Positions 62,501-64,000 of a DNA stretch of 64,000 nucleotides are shown here, piece after piece; within the stretch, counting starts at the first letter, position 1; each line of letters starts with the position of its first letter. This stretch comes from Leucoraja erinacea (lineage: Eukaryota), in the NCBI RefSeq assembly GCF_028641065.1, contig NC_073401.1, positions 22,878,001 through 22,942,000 on the forward strand, written 5' to 3'. Made by a program: the position numbers and the translations under genes. The notes beneath the pieces are model-generated. The model was not told the origin of the DNA. It ran no database searches and saw only the letters and a list, made by a program, of their open reading frames with translations.

Positions 62501-63141
62501 GGGGTGAAAGGAGATAGGTGACGTCCCCAACCTGTTACTAACAATTTTGTCAAATAGGTGGTATATTTTTTAATTATAAATTTATTTTACGACTGGATAT
62601 TGACATCGTACTAGAGGGTATCTTTAGATAGGATTTACCCAGATCGGATAATTTATTTTTTTCATAATTTATAATTTTCATAATTTTTCATCATTTATAC
62701 TCCCTGTTAAAAATGTGTTGTTATTCCCTGAGAAGAACATCCAAGCAGTTTCCATATGCCGAAAGCTGTTTATCCCAATTCTGGGAATCACAATTTATAC
62801 TTCGGTTAATTGTTGTTACGAAGCCCCCCTTCAAGATGAGTCTAGCGCTCACCCCTGCGAGCCTAAACTTTATTCCTCTCGTTATATTGTTTAAATATAT
62901 GACCACTTCTGGTGATTAATGGTCAGCTGATTAAAGACCGCGGTAATGCCGCGGTTAACTAATTCGTCAACCCACACTTTTCATCGCGGTTTCCATTGTA
63001 TAAACACTGATATGTTGTGATATTTTGTGCGGATTTATTGGAGACTATTGGGTACTTCAAGCATATTCGCGTAATGCCAAGACTGTACTTCCGTATTTCT
63101 GGGATATCCAAAATAGGGATACGGATTGGCACCTAATCTGG

Positions 63142-63175
<34 letters not shown>

Positions 63176-63561
63176 ATGTGCAACTTCCCTTCAGCTGTCC
63201 TAACACATGGATCACCATCAATCATGAAAATGCAGTTTACTTGAAATATTACGAAGTTTCACAAAATACCAGTTTATACACACTGGCATCATCGGACATT
63301 ATTGTTTTTATTCTATTGAAGGCAAGGACATTTGCACAGAAAATTACAACGATGCATCGTAAGTAGAATAATCTGTTTTATTGCATTAAATGTTACATTA
63401 TTGTTTGTCAATTCACCGTAAATTACGGACAGCGCATTCACGGCAACAAAATGCACACGTGCTGCGTTCGAACAACTACCCTGTTAAAGCGAACATTCGA
63501 TATCTGAATATTGGATTAATTTACAACGAAATGGAGCAAATCGGGAAATTGATCCTTTGAA

Positions 63562-63884
63562 TTAGAGGCAACTGGATCTGGCGATGTTGGCCTTAATCGG
63601 GGTTGCCTGGGTTTCGTGTTTAACCACACAGGAGTAAAGATCGTGTGAGTTCCAGTAGGCGGCTGGCAGAGTCAGGTAACTGCTCGCACTGAACGAGTTG
63701 TCCTTCTCCTGCTGGACCCGGCTGGTCGCAGCGCCGTCACTTCTCGCACTGCCGTCCACGGTCCACTTAATGTCCACAGCGCCCGGGTTGAATCCGCTCA
63801 CCAAACACACCAGGGTGGCGGTATTTTTTGCGGTGACTTCACCCATTGATGGCGCCAGAATGGAAACGGTGGGGGAGCGCGGAC
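63562..63884 (-). CDS. IgL cluster 3 constant exon (its L and VJ lie beyond the window end)
   Basis: 323-nt open exon (PRSPTVSILAPSMGEVTAKNTATLVCLV..RSSCL*), acceptor tttccag; AATAAA on the - strand at 63377-63382. Confidence 0.95.
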
Positions 63885-64000
63885 CTGGAAATAAAGAATT
63901 GAAATAAATACAGGTGAATTATTTATCAGTTAGTCCTTGGAGTGTAGAAGACCTTAGGGTGATCGCATGGCGGTGTACAAAATCGCGAGGGGAATACATA

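Overview
Eukaryotic genomic DNA from a cartilaginous fish, most likely a skate or ray. This is inferred from elasmobranch-type HE1-like SINEs, CR1/HER1-like LINEs and cluster-type immunoglobulin genes. On the + strand are the last nine coding exons of septin-5 (1166-12171) followed by platelet glycoprotein Ib beta (23625-24182), the SEPT5-GP1BB pair known from human 22q11.2. Converging on them from the - strand is a tandem array of cluster-type Ig light-chain genes of the chondrichthyan type II/lambda class. Two are complete L-(germline-joined VJ)-C units (30366-34146 and 43413-47324), each with its own octamer promoter, and the C exon of a third lies at 63562-63884. The rest is mostly transposon debris: CR1, Penelope-like elements with minimal hammerhead-ribozyme motifs, SINEs, Harbinger and hAT MITEs and a Helitron-like end. 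There are also several local duplications, long G/C runs and three N gaps. The leads most worth following up are: tight SEPT5-GP1BB-Ig-lambda linkage; an exactly spaced four-part V promoter module; palindromic hammerhead-bearing retroelements with a 14-bp TSD; a duplicated GATA/E-box/KLF module upstream of GP1BB; a YxxL-containing in-frame extension past the GP1BB stop; an orphan signal-peptide exon; and a speculative decayed V segment with a 12-RSS.
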